A stretch of DNA of 64,000 nucleotides from Candidatus Curtissbacteria bacterium RIFOXYA1_FULL_41_14 (GCA_001775095.1 MFCA01000022.1:2162-66161), one strand, 5' to 3'. Counted from the stretch's first letter, positions 9,091 through 19,062 are shown. Notes: generated by a model not told the origin, from the letters alone. Numbers and translations are program-made.

Positions 9091-9366
9091 ATGCCAAGAC
9101 CTAGAATACCCAGGGTTATAAATTTTCAACCTGATGTAACGTATTTTAAACCGCGAGGTATACCACTTCGGTTTCTTTCCGAGGTAAAACTTAGTATTGA
9201 TGAACTGGAAGCATTACGACTTGCTGATTTTGAAGGTTTGGATCAGCCAAAAGCTGCGAAAAAAATGAAGATTTCTCAAAGCACCTTTCAGAGAATTTTA
9301 GCAGGTGCTCACAAAAAAGTTGCCCAAGCCCTTATTAAAGGCGAGGCTATTCGGATTGAATGGTAA
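9091..9366 (+). CDS. DUF134 (UPF0251) predicted DNA-binding protein
   Basis: MPRPRIPRVINFQPDVTYFKPRGIPL...ELEALRLADFEGLDQPKAAKKM is a typical DUF134 fold-level signature. Confidence 0.6.
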   Translation: MPRPRIPRVINFQPDVTYFKPRGIPLRFLSEVKLSIDELEALRLADFEGLDQPKAAKKMKISQSTFQRILAGAHKKVAQALIKGEAIRIEW

Positions 9367-10451
9367 AACTTCAACATATTATTTTTATACTTTTTCTTAT
9401 TTTTCTTTTTATTCCCAGAAATGTAACTGCTCAAGAGAAGAAAATTTTCCTTTTTTGGGGACAGGGTTGTCCGCATTGCGCCCAAGTAAACCAGTATTTT
9501 GAAGAAAAAGGTTTTTACGATAAATATCCAATAGAAAAGAAAGAAATATATAACAATAAGCCGAATGCAAATTTGTTAAATGAGTATTTTGAAAAATATC
9601 AAGTGCCTTTGGAGAATAGAGGCGTCCCGGCTATTTTTATTGGGAAGAATTATCTAATTGGAGGTGCAGATATTCCAAACCAATTCGAATCTTTGGCAGA
9701 TGAGTTTATTAAAAACAGACCTGGCGAAACCAAATCGCAAACCTTTCCTACATTACCTACAACCTTACCAAGGATAAATCTTTTATTACCTGCAGTTATT
9801 GCCGGCGCATTAGCCGACAGTGTTAACCCTTGCGAATTTGCTGTTTTGATATTACTTTTAACAGCTATTTTAGCTTCAGGCTCATCAAAAAGAGCATTAA
9901 AGGCTGGGCTATTGTTTTCGTTGGCTATCTTTACTTCTTATCTTGCGATGGGCTTAGGGCTTTATAAAGCTTTGACTTGGGGTAATTTGCCAAGGATCTT
10001 TTTGGTATTTATCGGGTTTTTAGCGATTGTTTTAGGGCTTTTCAATCTAAAAGATTATTTTTGGTATGGGAAAGGTGGTTTTTTAATGGAAGTACCGATG
10101 AGCTGGCGGCCTCATCTTAAGACTATAATTTCGAGAGTGACAAGTCCAGGCGGCGCATTTTTCATTGGCTTTCTAGTTAGTTTGTTTTTGCTTCCATGTA
10201 CTAGCGGGCCGTACATCATAATTCTAGGTATGCTTTCCCAAAAAACCAATTTTACTCAGGCATTTGCTTACCTTGTTTTTTATAACATCATTTTTATCCT
10301 GCCGATGATATTCATTACCCTGGCTGTTTATAAGGGTTTTAGCCTAAAACAGGCGGAAGAATTCCGCCAAAAAAAGCTGCGCTTATTACATCTTATTATT
10401 GGTCTTTTATTAGTCGGTATGGGTGGCGTAGTTTTGGCCGGCTGGATTTAG
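9360..10451 (+). CDS. Thiol:disulfide interchange membrane protein, an N-terminal thioredoxin/glutaredoxin-like CPHC domain fused to a CcdA/DsbD-type transmembrane domain
   Basis: WGQGCPHCAQV redox motif. TM region has ADSVNPCEFAVLILLL and a second Cys in LPCTSGPY. Confidence 0.6.
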   Translation: MVKLQHIIFILFLIFLFIPRNVTAQEKKIFLFWGQGCPHCAQVNQYFEEKGFYDKYPIEKKEIYNNKPNANLLNEYFEKYQVPLENRGVPAIFIGKNYLIGGADIPNQFESLADEFIKNRPGETKSQTFPTLPTTLPRINLLLPAVIAGALADSVNPCEFAVLILLLTAILASGSSKRALKAGLLFSLAIFTSYLAMGLGLYKALTWGNLPRIFLVFIGFLAIVLGLFNLKDYFWYGKGGFLMEVPMSWRPHLKTIISRVTSPGGAFFIGFLVSLFLLPCTSGPYIIILGMLSQKTNFTQAFAYLVFYNIIFILPMIFITLAVYKGFSLKQAEEFRQKKLRLLHLIIGLLLVGMGGVVLAGWI

Positions 10452-10479
10452 GAAAGATTTGTATTAAAATTAACCAGCA

Positions 10480-10905
10480 ATGAAATTGACAAAGGTAAAT
10501 ATCTTAATTGTTACAGGGTTGATTTTGGTTTCCACACTTTTGGGAGGTTGTTCGACCGGGCAAAATCAGACCTTAGGTGCTCAAACAATCAAAGAATTGA
10601 ACCTCCAGGAAGCTGAAAATTTAATTAATAATGATGACAATTTAACGGTAATTGACGTGCGCACGTCTCAAGAATATACAAGCGGACACTTGCCTCAAGC
10701 AATTAATCTGGACTATAGATCTGGGACTTTCAATGACGAACTGGGAAAACTGGATAAGAACAAGGTTTACCTGGTTTATTGCCAAAGCGGCAATCGGAGT
10801 CAAAAAGCAGTCGATATTATGAAAGAGCTTGGATTTAAAGAAGTTTACAACCTTTCAGGCGGAATTACTCAATGGGGTGTCAACAGCTTGCCAATAGTGA
10901 AATAG
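10480..10905 (+). CDS. Rhodanese-domain lipoprotein (sulfurtransferase)
   Basis: Lipobox LLGGC. Rhodanese active-site loop YCQSGNRS. Confidence 0.65.
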   Translation: MKLTKVNILIVTGLILVSTLLGGCSTGQNQTLGAQTIKELNLQEAENLINNDDNLTVIDVRTSQEYTSGHLPQAINLDYRSGTFNDELGKLDKNKVYLVYCQSGNRSQKAVDIMKELGFKEVYNLSGGITQWGVNSLPIVK

Positions 10906-10912
10906 ACTACTG

Positions 10913-12082
10913 ATGGAGTTTCTCATCCTCTTAAGAAATCTGATTAACCGCTTTTTTTACAAAATTATTCTCAAGCAAATTTTTTTCAGAATCGATCCTG
11001 AAAACATGCACGATAGCATGGTTTCCTTTGGCGTTCTTTTGGGAAAGTATTGGTTAACTAGAAAAATTGTCGGGGCGTTTTTTTCTTATTCAAATAAAAC
11101 TTTGGAGCAAAAGATATTAGGGATTAAGTTTAAAAATCCCATTGGTCTTGGCGCTGGTTTTGATAAAGATGCGGTTCTAGTAGATATTTTGCCGTATGTT
11201 GGATTTGGTTTTGTTGAAGTTGGATCAATAACCGGAGAGCCTTGCAGTGGTAATCCGAGACCCAGGCTGTGGCGGTTGAAAAAATCCAAAGGTCTTGTCG
11301 TTAACTACGGATTGAAAAATGAAGGGTGTGAAAAAATTGCCAAACGACTCTTAGGGAAAAAATTTCAAGTTCCGGTTGGAATTAGTATTGCCAAAACAAA
11401 TAGTCCTAAAACCGTAAGTGATGACGCTGGAATTAACGACTACGTCAAAGCATTCGGTAAATTTGTCACAATAGGGGATTATTTTACAATTAATATCAGT
11501 TGCCCAAATGCCTTTGGCGGTCAGCCTTTTACTGATGCAAAACGACTAGATAAACTTATAGGAAAGATCGACAAAATTTCTACCAAAAAACCGATCTTTT
11601 TAAAAATCTCTCCTGATTTAACACATCGACAAGTTGATCGAATCATTGAGGTTTCTAAGCGTCATAAAGTAGACGGTTTTGTCTGCACGAATTTGACCAG
11701 TCAGCGGAACAACAAGAGGATAGTCGATAGACATGTTTCAAAAGAAGGCGGAATTAGCGGCAAAGTTGTAGAAGAGAAGGCTAATGATTTAATTTCCTAT
11801 ATTTACAAAAAAACGAAAGGTCGATACGTAATTATTGGTCTTGGCGGGGTTTTTAGCGCAGAGGACGCTTATAAAAAAATTAAACTAGGGGCGTCTCTAG
11901 TACAGTTGATTACCGGTATGATTTTTGAAGGTCCGCAGGTAATCAGTGAGATTAATCAGGGAGTGGTCAAGTTACTTAAAACAGACGGTCTCGAAAATGT
12001 TTCTCAAGCAATAGGGGTAGATAGACAGACAATTGACCCCACTTCGTCAAGTGAACTTGACTTCGAGGGGGCAAGCAGTTGA
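10913..12082 (+). CDS. pyrD: Dihydroorotate dehydrogenase. The last ~15 codons (IDPTSSSELDFEGASS) are encoded by a repeat element.
   Basis: KFKNPIGLGAGFDKDA, GFGFVEVGSIT and NISCPN are DHOD motifs. Confidence 0.75.
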   Translation: MEFLILLRNLINRFFYKIILKQIFFRIDPENMHDSMVSFGVLLGKYWLTRKIVGAFFSYSNKTLEQKILGIKFKNPIGLGAGFDKDAVLVDILPYVGFGFVEVGSITGEPCSGNPRPRLWRLKKSKGLVVNYGLKNEGCEKIAKRLLGKKFQVPVGISIAKTNSPKTVSDDAGINDYVKAFGKFVTIGDYFTINISCPNAFGGQPFTDAKRLDKLIGKIDKISTKKPIFLKISPDLTHRQVDRIIEVSKRHKVDGFVCTNLTSQRNNKRIVDRHVSKEGGISGKVVEEKANDLISYIYKKTKGRYVIIGLGGVFSAEDAYKKIKLGASLVQLITGMIFEGPQVISEINQGVVKLLKTDGLENVSQAIGVDRQTIDPTSSSELDFEGASS

Positions 12083-12085
12083 CAA
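12033..12085. repeat. Element TTGACCCCACTTCGTC-AAGTGAACTTGACTT-CGAGGGGGCAAGCAGTTGACAA. Paralogous copy at 28115-28188.
   Basis: Two copies aligned by eye. Both begin at or just before the stop of the upstream gene and end in a TTGACAA box just upstream of the next gene. Confidence 0.55.
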
Positions 12086-12903
12086 TAAAATTAATGCCCG
12101 ATTCTGAAGAACTCGACGAACTAAAGGAAACGCCAGGGGATCCAGCTGAGCCAGCGACAACGAAGGCGTCTCCTTTTTCACAAAAATCAAAGTCGCCGGA
12201 AGATCTTTTGGCTGAAGCTAAGATATTATCCAATTTATCAATCAGCTCACAAGAAGTAACTTCTCAGGGGAAAGAGGCATCTAGCTTTAATGGTTCCAAA
12301 TCTGGGGGAGGGGGCTTGGGGCAAGCAATGGGATTGTTTTTCGCAGCAGTTATTTTGATAATTATTTCAGGCACGGGTGGCTTTTATTTGGGTAAGAATT
12401 CATCTGTGCAAACAGTAAGTAATAATTCAGGAGTACCAGCAACTAATGAGCCTGCTGGGAGTTTGCAAAGTGCAGCTGAACCCACGCCAACACCATTGCT
12501 TGAGCAGCCGGACGCTATAGGAGATGAGGTTAAACTTGCTAGCGGTTTGACCTTAATTTTAGAGAGAGCATGGATTGACAGTGCTTATAGTAAGAGCAAA
12601 ACAGCATTACCAACAGAAGCACAGGTTAATGTTGAAGTGACTTTTACCAATAACGAATCAGTGGCGATGTCGTACACTCCATCGCTATTTTTGCTTAAGG
12701 ATTCAAAGAATTTAGAGTACAAGCCAGTTGCTGGTACTTCGGGGGAGTATAAGCCTTTAGTGTTGGGGTCACTTTTGCCCGAAGGATCTGTCAAAGGTGG
12801 AATCTCTTTTATCGTACCAAAAGGAGAGAAAGCTTTTAGATTGATTTATGAAGATGCAGAAGTGATTTTTAGTCTTTCCACACAAATTAACACCTCAAAC
12901 TAA
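12079..12903 (+). CDS. Hypothetical membrane-anchored protein (start probably ATG 12094)
   Basis: Acidic and S-rich N-terminus, one TM (LGQAMGLFFAAVILIIISG), extracytoplasmic C-terminal domain. Confidence 0.4.
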   Translation: MTIKLMPDSEELDELKETPGDPAEPATTKASPFSQKSKSPEDLLAEAKILSNLSISSQEVTSQGKEASSFNGSKSGGGGLGQAMGLFFAAVILIIISGTGGFYLGKNSSVQTVSNNSGVPATNEPAGSLQSAAEPTPTPLLEQPDAIGDEVKLASGLTLILERAWIDSAYSKSKTALPTEAQVNVEVTFTNNESVAMSYTPSLFLLKDSKNLEYKPVAGTSGEYKPLVLGSLLPEGSVKGGISFIVPKGEKAFRLIYEDAEVIFSLSTQINTSN

Positions 12904-13589
12904 AAAGTAAGATTTGTTGCTTTTTCAATAGCCACAATTGACGATTCTTCCTCAATTTTTTGGAGTTTATTGATAGTTATTGAATGTTTGTTAAAGGTGA
13001 GAACCTTCTCTTTTTGGAGTTTTTCGAGCGCCAGACTTGTCGTTTCCCGGCTCAGATTAGCAAGGGAAGCCAGGATTCGGTGAGTAAGGGGCAACCGAAT
13101 AACCAAATCACCATTTGTTTCTTTTCTGCCAAAACGCCGTCCTAGAACTAAAAGAACCGATATCAATTTCCCACGGGCATTTTCGGTCAGTAAGGCTTGG
13201 GTTAATCTAACAATTCCATCCAAGCCAATGTATGTACGTTTAGTTAAAGCGAAGAGTAATTTCGGATTGTTTTTGACCAGTTCCAATAGTTTTTCGCGGG
13301 GTGCTGTATAAACCACTGTGTCTGTTAAGCTTTCGAAAAAATAGAAGTTGGGTAGATTGCCGATAGCCCAGATCATCGGGAAATAAGTACCAGGTTTATA
13401 TATGTTGAAGGTAATTTCCCGGCCAGTTAGCGCAATTAAGTAAAGCCTAACGAAACCCTTTTTAAGAAAATATACTTCTTTTGGCTCTTCTTGCGCCCTC
13501 AGAATCATCTCGCCCTTTTTATAGGCTTGGGCCCGATTAAACTGAATAAAAAACTGCTCGTCTAGTTTAAAATATGTGTTTTTTTGCAA
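12900..13589 (-). CDS. Crp/Fnr-family transcriptional regulator
   Basis: cNMP-binding-like N-domain and a C-terminal HTH (RETTSLALEKLQKEKVL). Confidence 0.7.
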   Translation of the reverse strand: MQKNTYFKLDEQFFIQFNRAQAYKKGEMILRAQEEPKEVYFLKKGFVRLYLIALTGREITFNIYKPGTYFPMIWAIGNLPNFYFFESLTDTVVYTAPREKLLELVKNNPKLLFALTKRTYIGLDGIVRLTQALLTENARGKLISVLLVLGRRFGRKETNGDLVIRLPLTHRILASLANLSRETTSLALEKLQKEKVLTFNKHSITINKLQKIEEESSIVAIEKATNLTF

Positions 13590-13888
13590 GGGGGTAGTAT
13601 ATCACAGTTAAGCTGGACTTTGTGACCTGGCTCACAAAAGTTTTGTAAGCCAGGTTACTGATTTTAAATTTTACACGAAGTAAAGTTCAAGACTTACATG
13701 ACTTTCGAAAAATTTATTATTTTCATTAGGAGCCCGCCTAGAGAAGAAAACAGATATGAAATCAATTAGCAAATTATTAAAAGGACAATCAAGGTTACTG
13801 GCAAGGAAATTAATTTTTGAATTTAAATTGTATTGGGATTTTGTTAAAAGTGTTTGATTAAAAGTTATTTCAGGGAAGGGGGTGAGAA

Positions 13889-14081
13889 AGTGAGTAATAA
13901 AAAAGGAGCCATATCTCATTTAAAGGATCATCAAATGTATCCGGCAACGAGGGATGATTTGATAGCCGAATGTAACGGTTTGTCCGATTTTTCCAAAGAG
14001 GATAAGATGTGGTTTGAGGAGCATTTACCGGAAGGAAATTATGCTTCGGCTAATCAAGTTATAAGCGCGCTGGGTTTGTAG
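13889..14081 (+). CDS. DUF2795-like small protein (GTG start after SD GGGGGTGA; the ORF is open from 13854)
   Basis: YPATRDDLIAECN...EDKMWFEEHLPEGNYASANQVISAL pattern. Confidence 0.4.
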
Positions 14082-14127
14082 ACAATTTTAAAATAAGGGA
14101 CGAGTCAAACGAAGATCCTGCGACAAC

Positions 14128-15240
14128 TTAACCTGTCTGCGGGATCTTAATTTTTTCTGCGCTTTCGGTATAGCCCTTTTCTACTAGAACCTTTTTGACT
14201 TCTTCAATAAAAACAGGAAATATTTCTTTTTCCGGAATTGTTCGAAGTAGTTTGCCCTTTTTGAATATTGCGCCTTGTTTCTTACCGCCGCAGATGCCGA
14301 TATCGGCAAAACTGGCTTCTCCAGGGCCGTTAACTACACATCCCATGACGGCCACTTGAATCGGCGCATTTATTTTTGAAAGAATCTTTTCAACCTTTTT
14401 GGCAAGACTAATTAAATCAATTTCTGTTCGGCCGCAAGTCGGACAGGAAATAATCTCTACTCCTTTTTGGCGAAGCTTTAAGGATTTAAGAATGTTCCAG
14501 GCTATTTTTACTTGAGACTGCGGACTATCACTCACGGAAACTCGGATCGTATCGCCAATTCCTTCCGCCAGGATAGAACCAATTCCAACCGCGCTCTTGA
14601 CGGCGCCGGCGATTGATGGTCCCGATTCGGTAATTCCAACATGCAAAGGATAGTCAAAACGCTTTGCAAAGGATAGATAGGCTTGCCTAGTTACAACATT
14701 ATCCGAACCCTTTAAGGAAACTACAATATTTTCGAATTTAAGGTCTTCCAGGATCTTGATATGGCGTGTGGCTGATTCAACCATAACTCGCGCAATGCCG
14801 AATTTGCCATATTTTGCCCAGAGATCCTTTTCCAAAGACCCCATGTTGACACCGATTCTTATGGGTACATTTTTCTCTTTACATACCTTGACGACGGCTT
14901 TGACATTATCGATGCTGCCGATGTTCCCGGGATTAATTCTGACTTTGTCTATTCCTTGTTTTATCACTTCAAGTGCCAGAAGATATTGAAAATGGATATC
15001 AGCAACAAGGGGGATATTAATTTGTTTTTTGATTTTTCCGATCGCTTTTGCCGATTCCATATCCGGGACTGCCACTCTGATAATCTCGCAGTCTATCTTT
15101 TCAAGATCAAGAATTTGCCCGACAGTTGATCTAACATCTGCAGTTTTTGTCTGAGTCATTGACTGGACAAGCACAGGATTACCGGCACCGATTGTGACTT
15201 TGCCAATTTTTACCGGTCTGGTTTTATCGCGCGTATACAT
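14128..15240 (-). CDS. ispG: 4-hydroxy-3-methylbut-2-enyl diphosphate synthase
   Basis: GcpE motifs, including the Cys cluster ISCPTCGRT and the C-terminal 4Fe-4S region. Confidence 0.85.
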   Translation of the reverse strand: MYTRDKTRPVKIGKVTIGAGNPVLVQSMTQTKTADVRSTVGQILDLEKIDCEIIRVAVPDMESAKAIGKIKKQINIPLVADIHFQYLLALEVIKQGIDKVRINPGNIGSIDNVKAVVKVCKEKNVPIRIGVNMGSLEKDLWAKYGKFGIARVMVESATRHIKILEDLKFENIVVSLKGSDNVVTRQAYLSFAKRFDYPLHVGITESGPSIAGAVKSAVGIGSILAEGIGDTIRVSVSDSPQSQVKIAWNILKSLKLRQKGVEIISCPTCGRTEIDLISLAKKVEKILSKINAPIQVAVMGCVVNGPGEASFADIGICGGKKQGAIFKKGKLLRTIPEKEIFPVFIEEVKKVLVEKGYTESAEKIKIPQTG

Positions 15241-16109
15241 TAACTTATTGGTTTTGTGATTATAACTTGTTTGTATTTATTTTTTAATTTTTGTTTTGCA
15301 CTTTGAGCTGCCTGTTCGTTATCAAAGAAGCCTACAACCGAGAGTCCTGCTCCGGCAAGAAGTGATCTTCGTGCACCCGCATTTGTTAAATCATCTTTGA
15401 TTTTTTTTGTAACTGGATAAAATGAAAAAACTAAATCTTCAAAATCATTGTGAAGATTTTCAAAAATTGCCTCTCTATTATTTTCTCGAATTGCGTTTTT
15501 TAAAAGAGAGAGTTTTTGAATATTTTGGCCGATTTTTTTAATGTTTAAGTGATCATACATCCAAGCACTGGAAGGTTTTTTATCCTTTGGTTCGACGATA
15601 AGCATCTTAAAATCGGGCAATCTAAAGGGGAAGGGGATTATTCTGTACTTGTTATCTTCCCCCTCGAATTGAGAAAGTTTGCCATAGTAAGAATAGAAAA
15701 AGTCCTGTCCTAACTTACTCGTTAATTCTTCTAACTTTTTTTCGTTGATCTTTAATTTCCAAAGTTTCAGAAGCCCCTTTACAGTTGCAGCCGCATCAGT
15801 TGATCCACCGCCAAAGCCGGCCTTAATCGGAATTCTCTTTTTCAGTGTTATTTTTGCGCCCAGATTTTGATCAGATGCCATTTTTTTCAGAAGTAATGCA
15901 GCTCTTTCTACCAGGTTGTTGTTTCTCTTAGGAACGTTTTTATCGTCGCAAAAAAAAACAACATGTTCCTTTTGACTTTCAAAAAGAATCTCATCTTTTA
16001 AATCCAATTGGCAATTTAAAAATCTAATAGGGAAAAAACCGTTTTTGGATTTTTTTGGGATGATATGCAAATTTAAATTAAGCTTTGCAAATGCATCTTC
16101 TTTAATCAT
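15240..16109 (-). CDS. ispE: 4-diphosphocytidyl-2-C-methyl-D-erythritol kinase
   Basis: GHMP-kinase motif IPIKAGFGGGSTDAAA. Placement within the isp operon. Confidence 0.75.
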   Translation of the reverse strand: MIKEDAFAKLNLNLHIIPKKSKNGFFPIRFLNCQLDLKDEILFESQKEHVVFFCDDKNVPKRNNNLVERAALLLKKMASDQNLGAKITLKKRIPIKAGFGGGSTDAAATVKGLLKLWKLKINEKKLEELTSKLGQDFFYSYYGKLSQFEGEDNKYRIIPFPFRLPDFKMLIVEPKDKKPSSAWMYDHLNIKKIGQNIQKLSLLKNAIRENNREAIFENLHNDFEDLVFSFYPVTKKIKDDLTNAGARRSLLAGAGLSVVGFFDNEQAAQSAKQKLKNKYKQVIITKPIS

Positions 16110-16596
16110 TCTTTGAAATGAGAACCTCGGAAATTGCTTGGATACCTTTCCCTTGACCGAAAGGGGTTAGATTTTCGCCGGAGGTAAAAGTTATTCCTAC
16201 TTGTTCTGTTTTGATCTTCAAGAGACTGGCGATTTTTGCCTTTATTTTTTTGATAGTCTCAAGATCAAGACGCGGTTTTTTAGCCTCAACACAGATTGAC
16301 ACGTTCTCAACTTTATATTTATTTCCTTCAACTTGTTTGAGAATATGTTCAACGTATTTTGCGCTGTCTATTATTCCGTTTTGACACATTTTATCTGACC
16401 AGGTGGATAGTGAATCTCCACCAACTGCAGAACTTAGAGCATTACATAAACTGTGCAAAATCACGTCGGTGTCTGAATTTCCTGACAGGCCGTTGCTTTG
16501 ATTGACCTTGACTCCACCTAAAATTAGCGGCTTATTTCCGCCGGCCGGCGGATTTAAAAATGCATGAGAATCCTGGCCCAGTCCTATTCTGTACAT
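16102..16596 (-). CDS. ispF: 2-C-methyl-D-erythritol 2,4-cyclodiphosphate synthase
   Basis: MYRIGLGQDSHAF...SDTDVILHSLCNAL matches IspF metal and substrate motifs. Confidence 0.8.
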   Translation of the reverse strand: MYRIGLGQDSHAFLNPPAGGNKPLILGGVKVNQSNGLSGNSDTDVILHSLCNALSSAVGGDSLSTWSDKMCQNGIIDSAKYVEHILKQVEGNKYKVENVSICVEAKKPRLDLETIKKIKAKIASLLKIKTEQVGITFTSGENLTPFGQGKGIQAISEVLISKND

Positions 16597-16680
16597 AATG
16601 CAGTTTGTGTCATTCCGAACTTGTTTCGGAATCTAATAATCTAAGATTAATTAGATCCTGAAATAAATTCAGGATGACAA

Positions 16681-17391
16681 TTAGTGTTTCACTTTTGAAG
16701 TGCGAAGCTTACGCACAATTTGTTCTGCAATCAACAAGTCTTGCGGGAAAGTTATTTTGAAATTCTGAAGTGAACAGGGAACAATTCTCACTTTAACACC
16801 TATTCTTTCAAGAAGTTGTGCGTCGTCCGTTCCGACAAAGTTTTGACCAGCGGCTCTTGCATGCGCCTTCCATAAATTTTTGAATGTTGACACCTGAGGT
16901 GTTTGGGCATACCAACATTTTTCCCGCAAAGGGGTTTCGGCTACGAATTCATCTTTTCCGACGATTTTGACAGTGTCTTTTGCTGGATAAGCTAAAAGAC
17001 TCGCGCCCCATTTTTTGGCAGCTCCGTAGACCTTTCCAATTTCATCTTGAGTAACAAACGGATTAACAGCGTTATGGATTCCTACCAAATCGTTATTTTT
17101 CATTCTGGTTTTCAGAAGTTTCAAAACTTCGAAGGTCGAGTTTTGACGACTGTCTTTGGCATCAACAACATCTTTTACCTTTTTCAATTTATATTTGGCA
17201 AGGATTGTTTTGATTTTTTTTAGGTCTTCTTTTCTTGCTGAGATAACGATATTATCAATGGTCTTACTTTTCTCAAATGGCTTGAGTGTCCAGTAGAGAA
17301 GAGGAAATCTGTTGAGTCCGGCAAAAATTTTATTGAATTTTAAGTTTAACCTTTGCCCTTTACCTCCGGCAACAACAATTAACCAATTCAT
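16681..17391 (-). CDS. ispD: 2-C-methyl-D-erythritol 4-phosphate cytidylyltransferase
   Basis: LIVVAGGKGQRLN nucleotidyltransferase motif. First gene of the operon. Confidence 0.8.
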   Translation of the reverse strand: MNWLIVVAGGKGQRLNLKFNKIFAGLNRFPLLYWTLKPFEKSKTIDNIVISARKEDLKKIKTILAKYKLKKVKDVVDAKDSRQNSTFEVLKLLKTRMKNNDLVGIHNAVNPFVTQDEIGKVYGAAKKWGASLLAYPAKDTVKIVGKDEFVAETPLREKCWYAQTPQVSTFKNLWKAHARAAGQNFVGTDDAQLLERIGVKVRIVPCSLQNFKITFPQDLLIAEQIVRKLRTSKVKH

Positions 17392-17457
17392 CTAAAAAGT
17401 AAGGTCAAGTTTATCATAAGTCTTGCCAGTGGGACCAGTTTAGTCCTATATTGTTCT

Positions 17458-18333
17458 TTGAAGAAACATAGTTATGGCTATATGAGTTCTACTCAAATAG
17501 AAAGACCAGGGTATCGGGGATTTTATGAATTACGGAAAGAGGGTAAGCCAATCCCGTGCGCTGATGTAAGGAATTGGGTTATCCAATTTTCTTTGCGAGA
17601 AGGGGATAGGGATCTAAGGTTGCAGAGTAGAAGACAGCTATTACGGGATTTTTTGAATGGGTTTCAAGAACACGTGCTTTTTGAAGATGACGATATTTTA
17701 ATTATCAATAAGCCAGCCGGAATTATTTCACATTGCTCATCTACACAGCCAATTGGTGTAGAAGAAATTGCCCAATACCTTCGCGGAGAAGAAATAGCTT
17801 TGGTTCATAGGCTTGATATTGAGACAAGCGGCGTATTGGCTTTAGCAAAAGGCGAAGAAGCGTTTTTTGGTTTGGTTCGCCAGTTTCGTTCTAAGAGGAA
17901 TCGTTGCATAGAAAAGAAGTATCTTGCAATTGTTGAAGGAGAATTTCCATCTATGCGTCAATTTTATGTGCGAACCGCTTTAGCCCCAGACGGATGGAAA
18001 ATGAAAGTTGTAAGGCCTGGTAACCGTGAGTCGGGAGTTGTTGAATCTACTACCTATTTTAAACCGATGGTTGCTTTCGACAGAGAAGATGGTGGAAGGA
18101 GGAGTCTTGTCGAAGTACAGACATTCACCGGCAAGAAACATCAGATAAGAGTTGTATGTGCGCAATGTTTAGCTCATCCGGTTGTGGGAGATTATCTTTA
18201 CGATCCCAACTATACTAGAGACCTTAGAGTTATGCTTCATGCCCATTTATTAGGTTTCAGTCATCCAAGGAATGGTAGACGTCTTTTTTTTAGTGCTCCT
18301 GTTCCAGAAGATTTTCTTTCTCTTATAAAATAA
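17458..18333 (+). CDS. RluA-family pseudouridine synthase with an atypical N-terminal extension
   Basis: Catalytic-Asp motif HRLDIETSGVLALAKG. ILIINKPAGI substrate loop. Confidence 0.7.
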   Translation: MKKHSYGYMSSTQIERPGYRGFYELRKEGKPIPCADVRNWVIQFSLREGDRDLRLQSRRQLLRDFLNGFQEHVLFEDDDILIINKPAGIISHCSSTQPIGVEEIAQYLRGEEIALVHRLDIETSGVLALAKGEEAFFGLVRQFRSKRNRCIEKKYLAIVEGEFPSMRQFYVRTALAPDGWKMKVVRPGNRESGVVESTTYFKPMVAFDREDGGRRSLVEVQTFTGKKHQIRVVCAQCLAHPVVGDYLYDPNYTRDLRVMLHAHLLGFSHPRNGRRLFFSAPVPEDFLSLIK

Positions 18334-18450
18334 TTTGGTACAACGAGGTCGGACCTGGTAAGTGGAATTCGGGAAAGCCCCTCTAAAAAGATCGAAAATT
18401 TCTTAAAAGGTTCTTTCGGTAATGTAGTAAGCGGATTGATATAATGAGTT

Positions 18451-18780
18451 GTGATTTTAATACTTTTGAAAAAGGCCACAGATGAGGAAGTTAAAAAAGT
18501 TGCCCAAGATCTCGACGGTTATATAAAATTTGTGGTTAATATAAAACAGGAAATTTTGGCGGCTGGCGGGAAGTTGCACTCGGATGGCGAAAAGTTACTT
18601 CTCGGGCAGGGAAGCAGACAAGAAGATTTGTGGGGTGGAGGATTAGATTTGGAAACAGATGAAATTGATTTTGATTCGATGATTAATTTAAGACCTGGTC
18701 AGGGGAATCCGAGCAGAGAAGTTTTGTCGGCCGAAATTAGAAAAAAGATTGAGGGAATTGTTAGGCGGATACTGGGATGA
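18451..18780 (+). CDS. Hypothetical protein; its stop overlaps the next gene's start (ATGA)
   Basis: Coding-like ORF. The 4-nt overlap suggests translational coupling. Confidence 0.3.
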   Translation: MILILLKKATDEEVKKVAQDLDGYIKFVVNIKQEILAAGGKLHSDGEKLLLGQGSRQEDLWGGGLDLETDEIDFDSMINLRPGQGNPSREVLSAEIRKKIEGIVRRILG

Positions 18781-19058
18781 ACGCGCATGATCTGATCTTA
18801 AATATTGCTGTAAATTTAGGAAGGATGGGCAGATGGGTTGCCGACGGAAAGACTGGACGAGTCAAGCAATTTATGACTGAAACAGAAGGTTTTCTAGATC
18901 AGCTTAGCAAAGCGGAGAAGAGCACAAGGTTCGAAAAGACATTTAGATTATTTGAGAAAAGCTTTGAGAATTTAAAGAAAAGAAAGATGGACGATAATTG
19001 GGCAGAGGAGATTTTCACTTGGGCAAATATCTTAGTCCACCGCGCAAAACTGGCTTGA
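18777..19058 (+). CDS. Hypothetical small helical protein
   Basis: Coding-like ORF coupled to the upstream ORF. Confidence 0.3.
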   Translation: MNAHDLILNIAVNLGRMGRWVADGKTGRVKQFMTETEGFLDQLSKAEKSTRFEKTFRLFEKSFENLKKRKMDDNWAEEIFTWANILVHRAKLA

Positions 19059-19062
19059 GATT

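Noticed and set aside
12079-12084. TTGACA boxes at the ends of the 12033/28115 elements as classical -35 promoter hexamers
   Set aside because: Only 15-22 nt separate them from the downstream start codons and no properly spaced -10 hexamer follows. They may function in some other way, but a standard sigma70 promoter cannot be asserted.
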